Shown: in pieces, positions 18,456-27,181 of the stretch
Position numbering within the stretch: the stretch's first letter is position 1
Layout of the letters: every line of letters starts with the position of its first letter
Source of the DNA: Candidatus Nanoarchaeia archaeon
GTDB lineage: Archaea; Nanobdellota; Nanobdellia; Woesearchaeales; JACPBV01
NCBI GenBank assembly: GCA_028279655.1
Contig: JANQNH010000007.1
Location: forward strand, 35,338-99,337
Direction: 5' to 3'
Length of the DNA: 64,000 nucleotides
Position numbers and translations under genes: made by a program
Notes under the pieces: model-generated
Databases searched by the model: none
What the model was told of the DNA's origin: nothing
What the model saw: only the letters and a program-made list of their open reading frames with translations

Positions 18456-19826
18456 TTAACCAGCATTCCTAATTACCGCATCATAAGCTTCCCTTAGTTT
18501 GTTCTCCAGCAATTCTTGTCTACCGCTTCTCAGAGTTAGAACCTTTCCACCATTTTCTCTCCTCATAACCCATTTTTCAATATCCTTAAAATTAGTTGTT
18601 CCTTCAGCAATCTTCTTACCCATCCCTGTTTGTGATGAAGCATATCTATCCACCAACGGTTTGCTCAATGTACCTTCTCTAATTAGATAATCAGCAATAA
18701 GTAATCCTTTTGCCAGAGCATCTACACTACCAATATGTGCGTGAAATATATCATCTAAATCCGTAGATCCTCTTCTAACCTTTGCATCGAAGTTACACCC
18801 ACCAGAAAGACCCCCTTGCTGCATAACCGGCATTAAAACCAATGCTGCTTCTATTGGATCTGTGAGGAATTGATCAGTATCCCAGCCACATGTAGGATCT
18901 CCCCTATTGATATCCATACTCCCAAGTTTACCGGCATTTGCCGCTGTAACCACATCATGTTGGAACGTGTGCCCTGCAAGAGTAGCATGATTATTCTCCA
19001 AATTCAATTCAAAATCATCTTCAAGACCAAATTCCTTCAAGAAGGCTAAACAAGTCGCTGCATCATAATCATATTGATGGCTTGAAGGTTCCCTTGGTTT
19101 CGGCTCAATATAGAATTTTCCCTTAAATCCTTGGCTTCTTCCATAGTCTCTTGCCATAGTCAAGAAAGCTCCAAGTTGTTCCCTCTCCTTCTTCATATCA
19201 GTATTGATTAACGCCTCATATCCTTCCCTTCCTCCCCAAAAGACATAACCTCGACCGCCCAGTTGAATAGTGGCGTCAATAGCAGCTTTAACTTGGCAAG
19301 CGGCATAACCGATCACAGCAGTATCTGGATTAGTAGCAGCACCATGAGTATATCTTGGGTGAGAAAATAGATTTGCAGTTCCCCAAAGATTTTTCTTACC
19401 TGTACCTCTCTGATAAGCATCAGCCAAATCTACCATCTTTTGAAGGTTAAACTTTGATTGCTTTACTGTATCTCCTTCGGGAGCGATATCTCTATCATGA
19501 AAACACCAATAGTCTACTCCAAGCTTTGTAAAAAGCTCAAAGGCAGCATCCATTGTATTTTCAGCAACTTTCATAGGATCATCACCCTGACCCCATGGTC
19601 TATTGTAAACATCAATCGGACCAAACGGATCAGCTCCACTCCCCTTAAATGTATGCCAATAACAAACAGCCATACTAAGCCATTCAGCCATTGTCTTACC
19701 TTGGATTTTTTTATTTGGTTGATACCATTTATACGCAAATGGATCTTTTGAGTCATGACCATCAAATTTTACCATCACATCTCTAAAATATGTATTTGTT
19801 GGTTCCCTTGCTGCTAGTTTTACCAT
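18456..19826 (-). CDS. xylA: xylose isomerase (class II, bacterial type)
   Basis: Collinear with E. coli XylA: CYWHTF, WCFHDRDI, LWGTANLFSHPRY, WGGREGYE, IEPKPREPSSHQYDYD, NHATLAGHTF, WDTDQF, NFDAKVRR. Confidence 0.95.
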   Translation of the reverse strand: MVKLAAREPTNTYFRDVMVKFDGHDSKDPFAYKWYQPNKKIQGKTMAEWLSMAVCYWHTFKGSGADPFGPIDVYNRPWGQGDDPMKVAENTMDAAFELFTKLGVDYWCFHDRDIAPEGDTVKQSKFNLQKMVDLADAYQRGTGKKNLWGTANLFSHPRYTHGAATNPDTAVIGYAACQVKAAIDATIQLGGRGYVFWGGREGYEALINTDMKKEREQLGAFLTMARDYGRSQGFKGKFYIEPKPREPSSHQYDYDAATCLAFLKEFGLEDDFELNLENNHATLAGHTFQHDVVTAANAGKLGSMDINRGDPTCGWDTDQFLTDPIEAALVLMPVMQQGGLSGGCNFDAKVRRGSTDLDDIFHAHIGSVDALAKGLLIADYLIREGTLSKPLVDRYASSQTGMGKKIAEGTTNFKDIEKWVMRRENGGKVLTLRSGRQELLENKLREAYDAVIRNAG

Positions 19827-20031
19827 CTTACATCCCTCCCGATTATTTTTTTATCTGAACATTTCATTAAATACCCTAAGAAAAAGTTCAAATCCCTATC
19901 TAAGGTCTGATTTATCGTTTAAATCCCCCTAAAACTAAGATTACAAGAACAAATATCTAACTCATTTATATATTTTCCTATTTCTCGACGACAAATTATG
20001 TCCCAAACTGGTGGTAAAAAACAAATATTAT

Positions 20032-20697
20032 TTAATCAAAGCTATCTAGCAATCCATCCCTATCGGCAACCTTCCTTCTGCCTTTCAAGGACAACCATGT
20101 AAGGGTTGGAACCCACCACAAAAGGTTAGCCTGCATGAACGCAACCCTCATATCCTCTGGAATAGTATTATAATTTACATATTGCAGGGCATTCCAAACA
20201 GTAACTGTCCCTATAGTTGCTTTCAAGTATTCCTTAAATGGGATATTAGAAACCGTCTTTTCCTTGAAATTTTTCCAAAAACCCCTTAAACCCTTTTTTT
20301 GGTTCCTATCATACCTGAATATATCAATATAATTCCTTATCAATTCCTTAACCTTATAATCCTTTTTCTCTCCAATGCTATTATTTATGAAAAAGAAGGC
20401 ATTCACAAGGTTACCCCAAAAATTAGGGCCAAGTGCACCTTGCACTAATGGATTTTCAGATATATATTCTCCAACCAATTCCCCAGATGTGACTAGTCCT
20501 TCAATACATACACCATATACTGGAGCTAGTTTTGCACTGTAGACAACCTTTTTCCAATCAACCTTCCTGTCTACAACCAAATGAGATATTGCTTCAGCAA
20601 TAGGGAAAACCACTTCTGCTGTTATCAATGACTGGTAGATGCCAGGAAGATTTTGATAACTTACGTAGAGGTCATTAACCATTCCACCAATATCCAT
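20032..20697 (-). CDS. Mpv17/PMP22-like membrane protein
   Basis: C-terminal WNALQYVNYNTIPEDMRVAFMQANLLWWVPTLTW aligns without gaps to human MPV17 [34 protein letters not shown] (W,A,Q,N,P,R,A,Q,W,L,W identical). Confidence 0.5.
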   Translation of the reverse strand: MDIGGMVNDLYVSYQNLPGIYQSLITAEVVFPIAEAISHLVVDRKVDWKKVVYSAKLAPVYGVCIEGLVTSGELVGEYISENPLVQGALGPNFWGNLVNAFFFINNSIGEKKDYKVKELIRNYIDIFRYDRNQKKGLRGFWKNFKEKTVSNIPFKEYLKATIGTVTVWNALQYVNYNTIPEDMRVAFMQANLLWWVPTLTWLSLKGRRKVADRDGLLDSFD

Positions 20698-20770
20698 TTC
20701 TTCAAAATACCCCCATTACCTTTTCTTTAAGCATAAGAATAAGTCCTTATTTAAAAATCTACTCAAAGAA

Positions 20771-21367
20771 TTAGAGAACAAACCTTAACCTATCAGGAAT
20801 AAGCAAGGGGAACTCAATAAAGTCTATATCCCAACTCTGAAGATACTCCTTAATACCTTCCGAACTCTGAACCGGGCATAAGATTATTGAACCAGAAAAC
20901 TTGATTGCACTAAGTTCTTTTAAAACTCCTTTCTGACCATTACGCCCATATAGACTGTAATAAAATCGCATCCTGTTTGATTTACTAAATCCCTTTAACT
21001 CGTACTTAAAAAGCACAAAGTTCATATACCCTAATCCTCTTGATAAAAAATTATCATAGACCAGACTATATCCCTCTGCCAAAAAAGCTTCTCTTGCCTT
21101 AAAGGAGGGATCCAACAGATCCTTATAAGTTTTATCAATAATCTCTACATCAAATCCAATTTTTTCAATCTCCTTTCTGAATTCATAACTAAGGTCAATA
21201 TCCTTTTTATTTTTATACAGTATTAGGATATCGACATCCTGTGGGTTACTTTTCCCCCTTAAGGAAGAACCAAAAAGGACTATATCAAACAATTCATCCT
21301 TGTTCTTATTAAAAAATTGATTAACACTAGTCCTGAATTTTGTGTTCTTTAATAATTTCTTTAACAT
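20771..21367 (-). CDS. minimal nucleotidyltransferase (MNT)-domain protein
   Basis: LFGSSLRGKSNPQDVDILI (GS...DxD NTase motif); overlaps upstream HEPN gene. Confidence 0.7.
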   Translation of the reverse strand: MLKKLLKNTKFRTSVNQFFNKNKDELFDIVLFGSSLRGKSNPQDVDILILYKNKKDIDLSYEFRKEIEKIGFDVEIIDKTYKDLLDPSFKAREAFLAEGYSLVYDNFLSRGLGYMNFVLFKYELKGFSKSNRMRFYYSLYGRNGQKGVLKELSAIKFSGSIILCPVQSSEGIKEYLQSWDIDFIEFPLLIPDRLRFVL

Positions 21368-21665
21368 TTTTCCTCAACTTATCACATGTTTCCTTATCTA
21401 TTGATATAGAATATGTACTTCTATAGATCCCAAAATACTTATCCAAAAAAACATACAACTCAGGATACTTGTCCTGCAGCATCCTAAATCTTTCAGTATG
21501 GTCCTTAGGTGTTTTTCCCTCTGATCTTAGAAGGATAAAATCCAGGATGCTAAAAACAGCTTTAAAATAAAGGATTGTAGCAGAAGTATAATCCTTATTA
21601 GAATAAACAAGTTCTGCAGAACCTAGTATGGTCTTTATGTTCTTTAAAAGCTCCTCTTGAGTCAT
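21327..21665 (-). CDS. HEPN-domain protein
   Basis: About 112 aa all-helical, pattern ...YSNKDYTSATILYFKAVFSILD...PKDHTERF; paired with MNT; ATG at 21665 preferred. Confidence 0.6.
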   Translation of the reverse strand: MTQEELLKNIKTILGSAELVYSNKDYTSATILYFKAVFSILDFILLRSEGKTPKDHTERFRMLQDKYPELYVFLDKYFGIYRSTYSISIDKETCDKLRKNVKEIIKEHKIQD

Positions 21666-21779
21666 GTTGGTAATAAAAACAAATATCAACTATTTAAACT
21701 TTTCGGTTGGTATTACAAACATTGTTGGTACTACAAACAAAAATTAGCAAACAACATTTATTTGTTGGCATTACAAACA
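21666..21779. repeat. four copies of a 16-nt box GTTGGTAYTACAAACA flanking the HEPN/MNT-1 promoter
   Basis: Boxes at 21666-21681 (14/16), 21706-21721, 21724-21739, 21764-21779; minus-strand BRE/TATA CCGAAAAGTTTAAATAG at 21690-21706 lies between boxes. Confidence 0.6.
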
Positions 21780-21850
21780 AAACAACAAAAGCAAAAACCT
21801 TAACAAAATTGAATGAAAACACGAATGCAGAAGGAAAAACCGGCGACATT

Positions 21851-21979
21851 AAATTCCGAAGGAATTTATGGCTTTTTTCTAAGTGTGGTTTTTTCCTTTG
21901 TTCACAAATTACGAAGTAATTTTGAACTAGGAAAAACGAAGTTTTTCCGTGGTGAGTAGGGCTTTACAAAGTAAAGACC
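21851..21979. repeat. array of four stem-GAA-stem hairpins
   Basis: AAATTCC-GAA-GGAATTT (21851-67), GTTCAcAAATTAC-GAA-GTAATTTTGAAC (21900-27), GGAAAAAC-GAA-GTTTTTCC (21930-48), GGGCTTTAC-AAA-GTAAAGaCC (21959-79). Confidence 0.7.
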
Positions 21980-22082
21980 GTGTTTGAGTCCATTATTGTT
22001 GTTGAGGTTTTCATAAATAAAATAAATTCATTAAGATAATAACAAAACCATTATAAACAATAAATAACTACCAAAAACCAAG

Positions 22083-23336
22083 ATGCAGGCAAATATAGGG
22101 ATAATAGGAACGGGAACAGTTGGCTCTGGAGTTATTGAGATAATAAAAAACCAGAAAGACCTGATAAAAAATAGGACAGGGGTAGAGATAAACATAAAGA
22201 AGGTCTGCAACCGGACAATAGAAAAAGCAAAAGCATTGATTGATGAATCAAAGATAACAGAAAGCTATGAAGATATAATAAATGACAACGAGATAGACAT
22301 AGTCCTGGAATTGATCGGAGGCTACGATCCTGCAAAAGACATAATCATAAGCTCCCTAAAGAACAAAAAACATGTAGTTACTGCAAACAAAGCAGTGATA
22401 GCAAAGTATGGAAAAGAAATTCTAGAAGAAGCAAAAAACAACAACGTAAGTATTGCCTTCGAAGCTTCAGTTGGAGCCTCAATCCCAATCATAAAGACAA
22501 TCAAAGAAAGCTACGCTCCAGACAGTATCCAGCAAATCTACGGCATCCTAAACGGAACAACTAACTATATCCTTACAAGGATGGAAGAAGGAATGTCCTA
22601 TGAAGAAGCCCTAAAAAAAGCCCAGGACCTAGGTTTCGCAGAAGCAGATCCAGAATTTGATGTAGAAGGTAAAGACGCAGCACAAAAACTGGTTATCCTA
22701 GCAAAACTCGCTTTCAATGGAGATTTGGACGACAATATCTTCACGTGGGGAATTACAAAGATAAGCAAAAACGACATAAGGTATGCAGCAGACCTTGGAT
22801 ATAAGATTAAGCTTTTAGCAATAGCAAAGCAAGACGATGAGATTGAATTAAGGGTGCACCCAACGATGATACCTAAGGACCATGAACTGGCATCCGTAAA
22901 CAACGAGCTGAATGCAATATATCTTATCGGAAAGCAGACAACAAAATCAATGCTCTATGGAAAAGGCGCTGGAAAGCTGCCAACAGCAACAGCAGTGGTT
23001 GCAGACATAATAGATATAGCAAAAAACAAACAAGATAACCTATACCTCAAAGAGACAAAAAAGAAGGATATAAACAAGATCACCTCAAGATACTATCTAA
23101 GATATAATGTTATTGACAAACCAGGAGTCCTTGCTCAAGTCGCAAAGATACTAGGAGAAAATAATATAAGCATTGCTGCTGTCCAGCAAAAAGAGATAAA
23201 CAAGGATGTTGTCCCAGTTATTGTAATCACCCATGAAGCCTTGGAAGAGAACATGATCAAAGCAATAAAAGAGATAGACCAACTAGAAGTAGCAAAAGAA
23301 CCTACTGTCCTTATAAGAATTGAAGATATACATTAA
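22083..23336 (+). CDS. hom: homoserine dehydrogenase with C-terminal ACT domain
   Basis: IGIIGTGTVGSG N-terminus, VVTANK, GILNGTTNYILT, EADPEFDVEGKDAAQKL; 417 aa. Confidence 0.92.
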   Translation: MQANIGIIGTGTVGSGVIEIIKNQKDLIKNRTGVEINIKKVCNRTIEKAKALIDESKITESYEDIINDNEIDIVLELIGGYDPAKDIIISSLKNKKHVVTANKAVIAKYGKEILEEAKNNNVSIAFEASVGASIPIIKTIKESYAPDSIQQIYGILNGTTNYILTRMEEGMSYEEALKKAQDLGFAEADPEFDVEGKDAAQKLVILAKLAFNGDLDDNIFTWGITKISKNDIRYAADLGYKIKLLAIAKQDDEIELRVHPTMIPKDHELASVNNELNAIYLIGKQTTKSMLYGKGAGKLPTATAVVADIIDIAKNKQDNLYLKETKKKDINKITSRYYLRYNVIDKPGVLAQVAKILGENNISIAAVQQKEINKDVVPVIVITHEALEENMIKAIKEIDQLEVAKEPTVLIRIEDIH

Positions 23337-23345
23337 AAAGAGGAG

Positions 23346-23840
23346 ATGAATATGTACAGAGAGATTAATTTCAATATAAACTGGAATATAAAAACAATCT
23401 CCTTACTATCCTTCCTAGCAATCTTTCCAAACATCCTTGGTCTGTTCCACATAACCATTCTAAACACCAGAATCCATTTCTTCCAATATCTTATCTTTCT
23501 AGCTGCAGCCATATATGGTCCTGTAGGGGGGATGATATCTGGAGGATTAGGTTCGGTGTGGACTGCAGTATTATTGAATAATCCATATATCATTATCGGA
23601 AATATGATTTTAGGAGGCCTTTTTGGGATATTTATAAGGCTGAAATGGAATGTTTTTTCAGCTGTATTAGCAGCTTACTTCATACAACTACCTTGGTTAT
23701 GGATAACTGATATCTATTTAGCGAATATGCCTATAGGTGTTGTCAAAGGGGTGGTTGTAGCTCTGCTGCTTTCAAATATGTTGTGGGCAGTAGTTGCTAA
23801 GTCTAGTTCTAAATATATAAAGAAATTAATTCACTGTTGA
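23346..23840 (+). CDS. polytopic membrane protein (about 5 TM), possibly ECF S-component-like
   Basis: Hydrophobic 164-aa ORF 9 nt after hom with AGGAG SD; function not recognised. Confidence 0.4.
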   Translation: MNMYREINFNINWNIKTISLLSFLAIFPNILGLFHITILNTRIHFFQYLIFLAAAIYGPVGGMISGGLGSVWTAVLLNNPYIIIGNMILGGLFGIFIRLKWNVFSAVLAAYFIQLPWLWITDIYLANMPIGVVKGVVVALLLSNMLWAVVAKSSSKYIKKLIHC

Positions 23841-24298
23841 GACAGTTCTTCATCTATAGAGGACATATGTTCTTGGAAGGTATCATGCATTGATATCTGC
23901 ATCCTTGGAATCTCTCTTTTTAGGCCTAGCCACTTTAAATCATCCTTTAATAAGGAGATTACATCATCGAGATATCTAGGATTCTTTGAATGAGCTGAAA
24001 TTATGGTAGAGTATGCTTCTGGTTCATAGGTTTGTGGAGGATCTACATTTCCAGCTTGGACCAGCTCAGAGATATTTGATGGAACATAGTTAATAGATAA
24101 TTCAACATGGCAAGTATCATTATTACGCTGTACATCAAAAGCATAACCTATCAAGTTAGGTAATGTCTCTCCTCTGTTCTCAATTACATTTTTACCTAAT
24201 CCCTGCACTACCAACAGGATCATATCCCTTCTTGTCTCTACTATATAACCGACATCATATGCTATCTGATAGCCCTTATAGCTAATTTGTTTACTCAT
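23831..24298 (-). CDS. hypothetical protein
   Basis: 155-aa ORF, no family recognised. Confidence 0.45.
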   Translation of the reverse strand: MSKQISYKGYQIAYDVGYIVETRRDMILLVVQGLGKNVIENRGETLPNLIGYAFDVQRNNDTCHVELSINYVPSNISELVQAGNVDPPQTYEPEAYSTIISAHSKNPRYLDDVISLLKDDLKWLGLKREIPRMQISMHDTFQEHMSSIDEELSQQ

Positions 24299-24366
24299 TT
24301 TCTAAGAAAATTGTAATGTTTTTTTAAGCCTTTCTCATAAAAGCCTAAAAACCATAAAATTTATAT

Positions 24367-24382
24367 ATATGTATATACATAT
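24367..24382. promoter_or_regulatory. perfect 16-bp palindrome ATATGTATATACATAT just upstream of vapB-2 (operator/TATA region)
   Basis: Read directly; 10 nt upstream of the ATG at 24393. Confidence 0.4.
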
Positions 24383-24392
24383 ACATAATACG

Positions 24393-24614
24393 ATGGCAAA
24401 AACATTAATGATATCGAATGATGTCTACAAAGCACTGAAGAGGATTAAAGGAAAAGACAGCTTCAGTGCAGTAATAAGTAATCTGCTGACCAAGAAAAGC
24501 AATGGAAAAAACATCGCAAAATACTATGGAATCCTTAAAGGAGACAAGGAATATAACAAGATAAATAAGGATTTAAGGAAAAAGTGGGGAGAATGGACAC
24601 AAAAATATGCCTAG
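24393..24614 (+). CDS. vapB: VapB-type antitoxin (PF02697-like)
   Basis: MAKTLMISNDVYKALKRIKGKDSFSAVISNLL matches the archaeal putative-antitoxin pattern; overlaps PIN gene. Confidence 0.75.
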   Translation: MAKTLMISNDVYKALKRIKGKDSFSAVISNLLTKKSNGKNIAKYYGILKGDKEYNKINKDLRKKWGEWTQKYA

Positions 24615-24991
24615 ACACAGACATAGCTATAGGCATAATAAATGGAGATAAAAGATTAGAAAGCCTAATTTCTAAATTACCAGATTACGACATCTGCATT
24701 ACCTCCATAACTGTATTTGAGCTTCTATTAAGAGAGACTAAGCTAGATATTGCCAAAAGGTTTGTAAATGATTCTGAGATCATTCATTTTAAGGAAAGAG
24801 AAGCAATTATATCAAGTTCTATATTCAAGGATCTTAAAAGAAAAGGATCCATAATAGAAATAAGGGACATATTCATAGCATCAAGTTGCATAGCAAACAA
24901 TCTACCCTTGGCTACCCTAAACAAAAAACACTTTGAGAGAATCAAGGAATTAAGGTTAGTAAAAATGGATTCCTCACTTCATAATCCTTAA
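24584..24991 (+). CDS. vapC: PIN-domain toxin
   Basis: ICLDTDIAIGIING..., ITVFELL, IRDIFIASSCI; 135 aa. Confidence 0.8.
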   Translation: MGRMDTKICLDTDIAIGIINGDKRLESLISKLPDYDICITSITVFELLLRETKLDIAKRFVNDSEIIHFKEREAIISSSIFKDLKRKGSIIEIRDIFIASSCIANNLPLATLNKKHFERIKELRLVKMDSSLHNP

Positions 24992-25273
24992 CATCAACCC
25001 GATATAAAGTGCTAACAAAGCAAACCCGATAATCACCAGATCCAAAGCAAAAAACCTTGATAAAAACAACACTAATCCTACAAAAAGAAAGACAATGCTT
25101 ATTGAAAAGAACAAAAGCTCAAAAACACCCCTATACACCTTTCTCTTAAGCTTATAAAAAACCCTGCTCACCCTAGACTCTATCATGCCTATCCGACTAT
25201 GGACCTTATCCTGAGCAGTATCTATAACAGACTCAAAACCTTCCTTAAAGTTTCTGAAAAAATCTCCAATCAT
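24974..25273 (-). CDS. small two-TM membrane protein, YqjE (DUF1469)-like
   Basis: 99 aa, amphipathic N-terminus then two TM helices; ATGA-coupled to the YqjD-like gene, as in the E. coli yqjD-yqjE arrangement. Confidence 0.4.
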   Translation of the reverse strand: MIGDFFRNFKEGFESVIDTAQDKVHSRIGMIESRVSRVFYKLKRKVYRGVFELLFFSISIVFLFVGLVLFLSRFFALDLVIIGFALLALYIGLMLRIMK

Positions 25274-25464
25274 CTCTTCCTCGATAGCATATATGCCAAG
25301 GCTCCAGCAACTACACCAGCTCCAAAAGCGATGCTCACTGATTTAATAGGATTCTCCTCGATTTTTTCCTCAAAATTAGACTCCAGCTCAGCTATCCTCT
25401 CCTTAGCATCTTCCAGCTTAGCTTTCATAGCCTTATAATCAACCCATTTTTTTTGTTTAGCCAT
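25270..25464 (-). CDS. DUF883 (ElaB/YqjD)-like tail-anchored protein
   Basis: Coiled-coil N-terminus and C-terminal ENPIKSVSIAFGAGVVAGALAYMLSRKR resembling the DUF883 tail; ATG at 25464 has AGGGTGA SD. Confidence 0.5.
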   Translation of the reverse strand: MAKQKKWVDYKAMKAKLEDAKERIAELESNFEEKIEENPIKSVSIAFGAGVVAGALAYMLSRKR

Positions 25465-25531
25465 TAAAATCACCCTAAAAAAGTTAATGAAAAGAAGTTT
25501 ATATATCTTTCGAATATTTACTATTCAAAAA

Positions 25532-26494
25532 TTACAACCTAAAGTCATCCCTGAATCTCTTGATGGTACTGTACTTCTTAAGGAACTTATCCCCTTTTGC
25601 AGTAAGCTTAACATTACCATTATCTACGCTTACAAAGCCATTCTTTCTCAGCATGTCAATCCCAGCACCTAGATTCTTTACAGATACCCCTTTTCTGTCT
25701 CTTATCTCACCTAATAGATCATGCATCATCTCGAGCTGGCTCTTAGGCTTTACACTAAAGACCTTTCCGGCAATATGCCTTATCTCATTGCTGAAAGCAT
25801 GGCTGGGATACCTCTCTAGGAATATAAACTGTGATTCAGAGGACAAGACCTCCTGTGAAAAAGGCAATGCTCCAGCAACAGGCAGCCCAAAAGCATTCTG
25901 AACATCATTCACAAGCCTCTTCTTATCTTTTAGCACCTTATTAAGCACAAGATACATCTTTATATTCATCTTCTGAGATATCTCTGCACTCACCTGCGCT
26001 CCCTGATAATCCTGGTTATCCGGCCTTACGATATTCAGTATTATATCGCTAAAGCTGGTAGCAACCAAAAAAGGATCATTAAGTCCCGGATGAGTATCCA
26101 CCAGGATAAAGTCAGGATTATACTTCTTATTCAACTTACCTAGTCCCTTCTCGATCTTAGCAGAATTCCCTGTCTGCTGTATAAGCGTAACGATCTCGCT
26201 ACTGGCTATGGAAGAAGGCACCAATAGCAAGGAGCCAGAATTAACACCAATATTAGATGAAACATCATAAACAGCATCAGTTATATCTGCTTTCCCGAGA
26301 AGATAATCCGTAAGGGTCTTGTCAAAGCTATCCTCGCCTAGTCCGAAGATCGCATGTATCCCGGGGCTTATGATATCTCCATCTATAACGACGATCCTCT
26401 TCCCAAGCGAAGCCAGATAGGTTGCTAAATTACTAATGATCGTGGACTTTCCTGTCCCTCCTCTGAATGAGTTTGTTAGAACTACCTTTGACAT
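25532..26494 (-). CDS. MinD/ParA/Mrp-type P-loop ATPase with C-terminal winged-helix-like domain
   Basis: Deviant Walker A FRGGTGKST, IVVIDGDI, LVDTHPG; C-terminal 70 aa (VSVKNLGAGIDMLRKNGFVSVDNGNVKLTAKG) looks like wHTH. Confidence 0.7.
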   Translation of the reverse strand: MSKVVLTNSFRGGTGKSTIISNLATYLASLGKRIVVIDGDIISPGIHAIFGLGEDSFDKTLTDYLLGKADITDAVYDVSSNIGVNSGSLLLVPSSIASSEIVTLIQQTGNSAKIEKGLGKLNKKYNPDFILVDTHPGLNDPFLVATSFSDIILNIVRPDNQDYQGAQVSAEISQKMNIKMYLVLNKVLKDKKRLVNDVQNAFGLPVAGALPFSQEVLSSESQFIFLERYPSHAFSNEIRHIAGKVFSVKPKSQLEMMHDLLGEIRDRKGVSVKNLGAGIDMLRKNGFVSVDNGNVKLTAKGDKFLKKYSTIKRFRDDFRL

Positions 26495-26497
26495 TTT

Positions 26498-27181
26498 TCA
26501 CCATTTAGTTATCTTAATCACATTGTACAATAATGCTAAGGAAAAGACTAATGTTATAGCACTTGAATAATAATGGATAGTATATAAAAAGGGCAATGAT
26601 AAGTTTTCAATGAATATCACAACAAAGACCCCAAGGCCAAGGCCAACCAGTGATAAGAATGGCCCCATATCATGACACTTAACGCACCTCTTGCAGTTTG
26701 AGATGATTGCCAGGAGCAAAAACAATATTACAGTAACAAAGAAGAAATAAAACTGTGTAACTCCATATGTGATCAATAGATAAGTATCTGCCAAGGTTAT
26801 TGTAAAACCAACAGCAAACAGGAATGCTGCAATACCTAGGTGTGATCCCCTGCCTTCCAACTTCCTCCAGACCAAGGAATAGGCAAGATAAAAACCACCC
26901 ATAGCAGCTGCATAGACATTTAGGAAATTGACCATAAGCCCTGATACAGAGGACATAAAAGCTCCCTCTGTAATAAAATTAGATATTATTGTTATATACC
27001 TAAACAAATAACTGATCATAAAAAAGATCATTGCACCGCTGAAATAACAGATCCCTCTCTGCATGCTCAGCTTGTACAGTTCTCTCGTTTTCCTATATAC
27101 TAAAAAAGCAACCAGAATAACAATAGTATTATGCACGATATCGAATATTAACGTTTCAAACGAAAGCAGTGGATGTACCAT
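26498..27181 (-). CDS. polytopic membrane protein (about 7 TM), unknown function
   Basis: 227-aa hydrophobic ORF with CKRCVKCH loop; 3 nt from the MinD-like gene. Confidence 0.5.
   Translation of the reverse strand: MVHPLLSFETLIFDIVHNTIVILVAFLVYRKTRELYKLSMQRGICYFSGAMIFFMISYLFRYITIISNFITEGAFMSSVSGLMVNFLNVYAAAMGGFYLAYSLVWRKLEGRGSHLGIAAFLFAVGFTITLADTYLLITYGVTQFYFFFVTVILFLLLAIISNCKRCVKCHDMGPFLSLVGLGLGVFVVIFIENLSLPFLYTIHYYSSAITLVFSLALLYNVIKITKW

Noticed and set aside
19997-20010. Third copy of the arg-type box (ATGTCCCAAACTGG) upstream of xylA
   Set aside because: Only the left half-site and part of the right match. It is about 170 nt from the xylA start, and there is no functional link to arginine genes. 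It is probably chance.
21707-21919. 70-aa ORF in the HEPN/hom intergenic region
   Set aside because: It spans the 16-nt boxes and the GAA hairpins, has a repetitive translation (VLQTLLVLQTK...), and has no RBS or promoter in a sensible position. The region is better explained as regulatory or structured DNA.
21666-21979. Possible CRISPR array or replication origin
   Set aside because: The repeats are only 16 nt, irregularly spaced (18-40 nt) and few, with no cas genes. There is no Orc1/Cdc6 gene nearby, and I recognise no ORB-like element or long AT-rich unwinding element flanked by inverted boxes.
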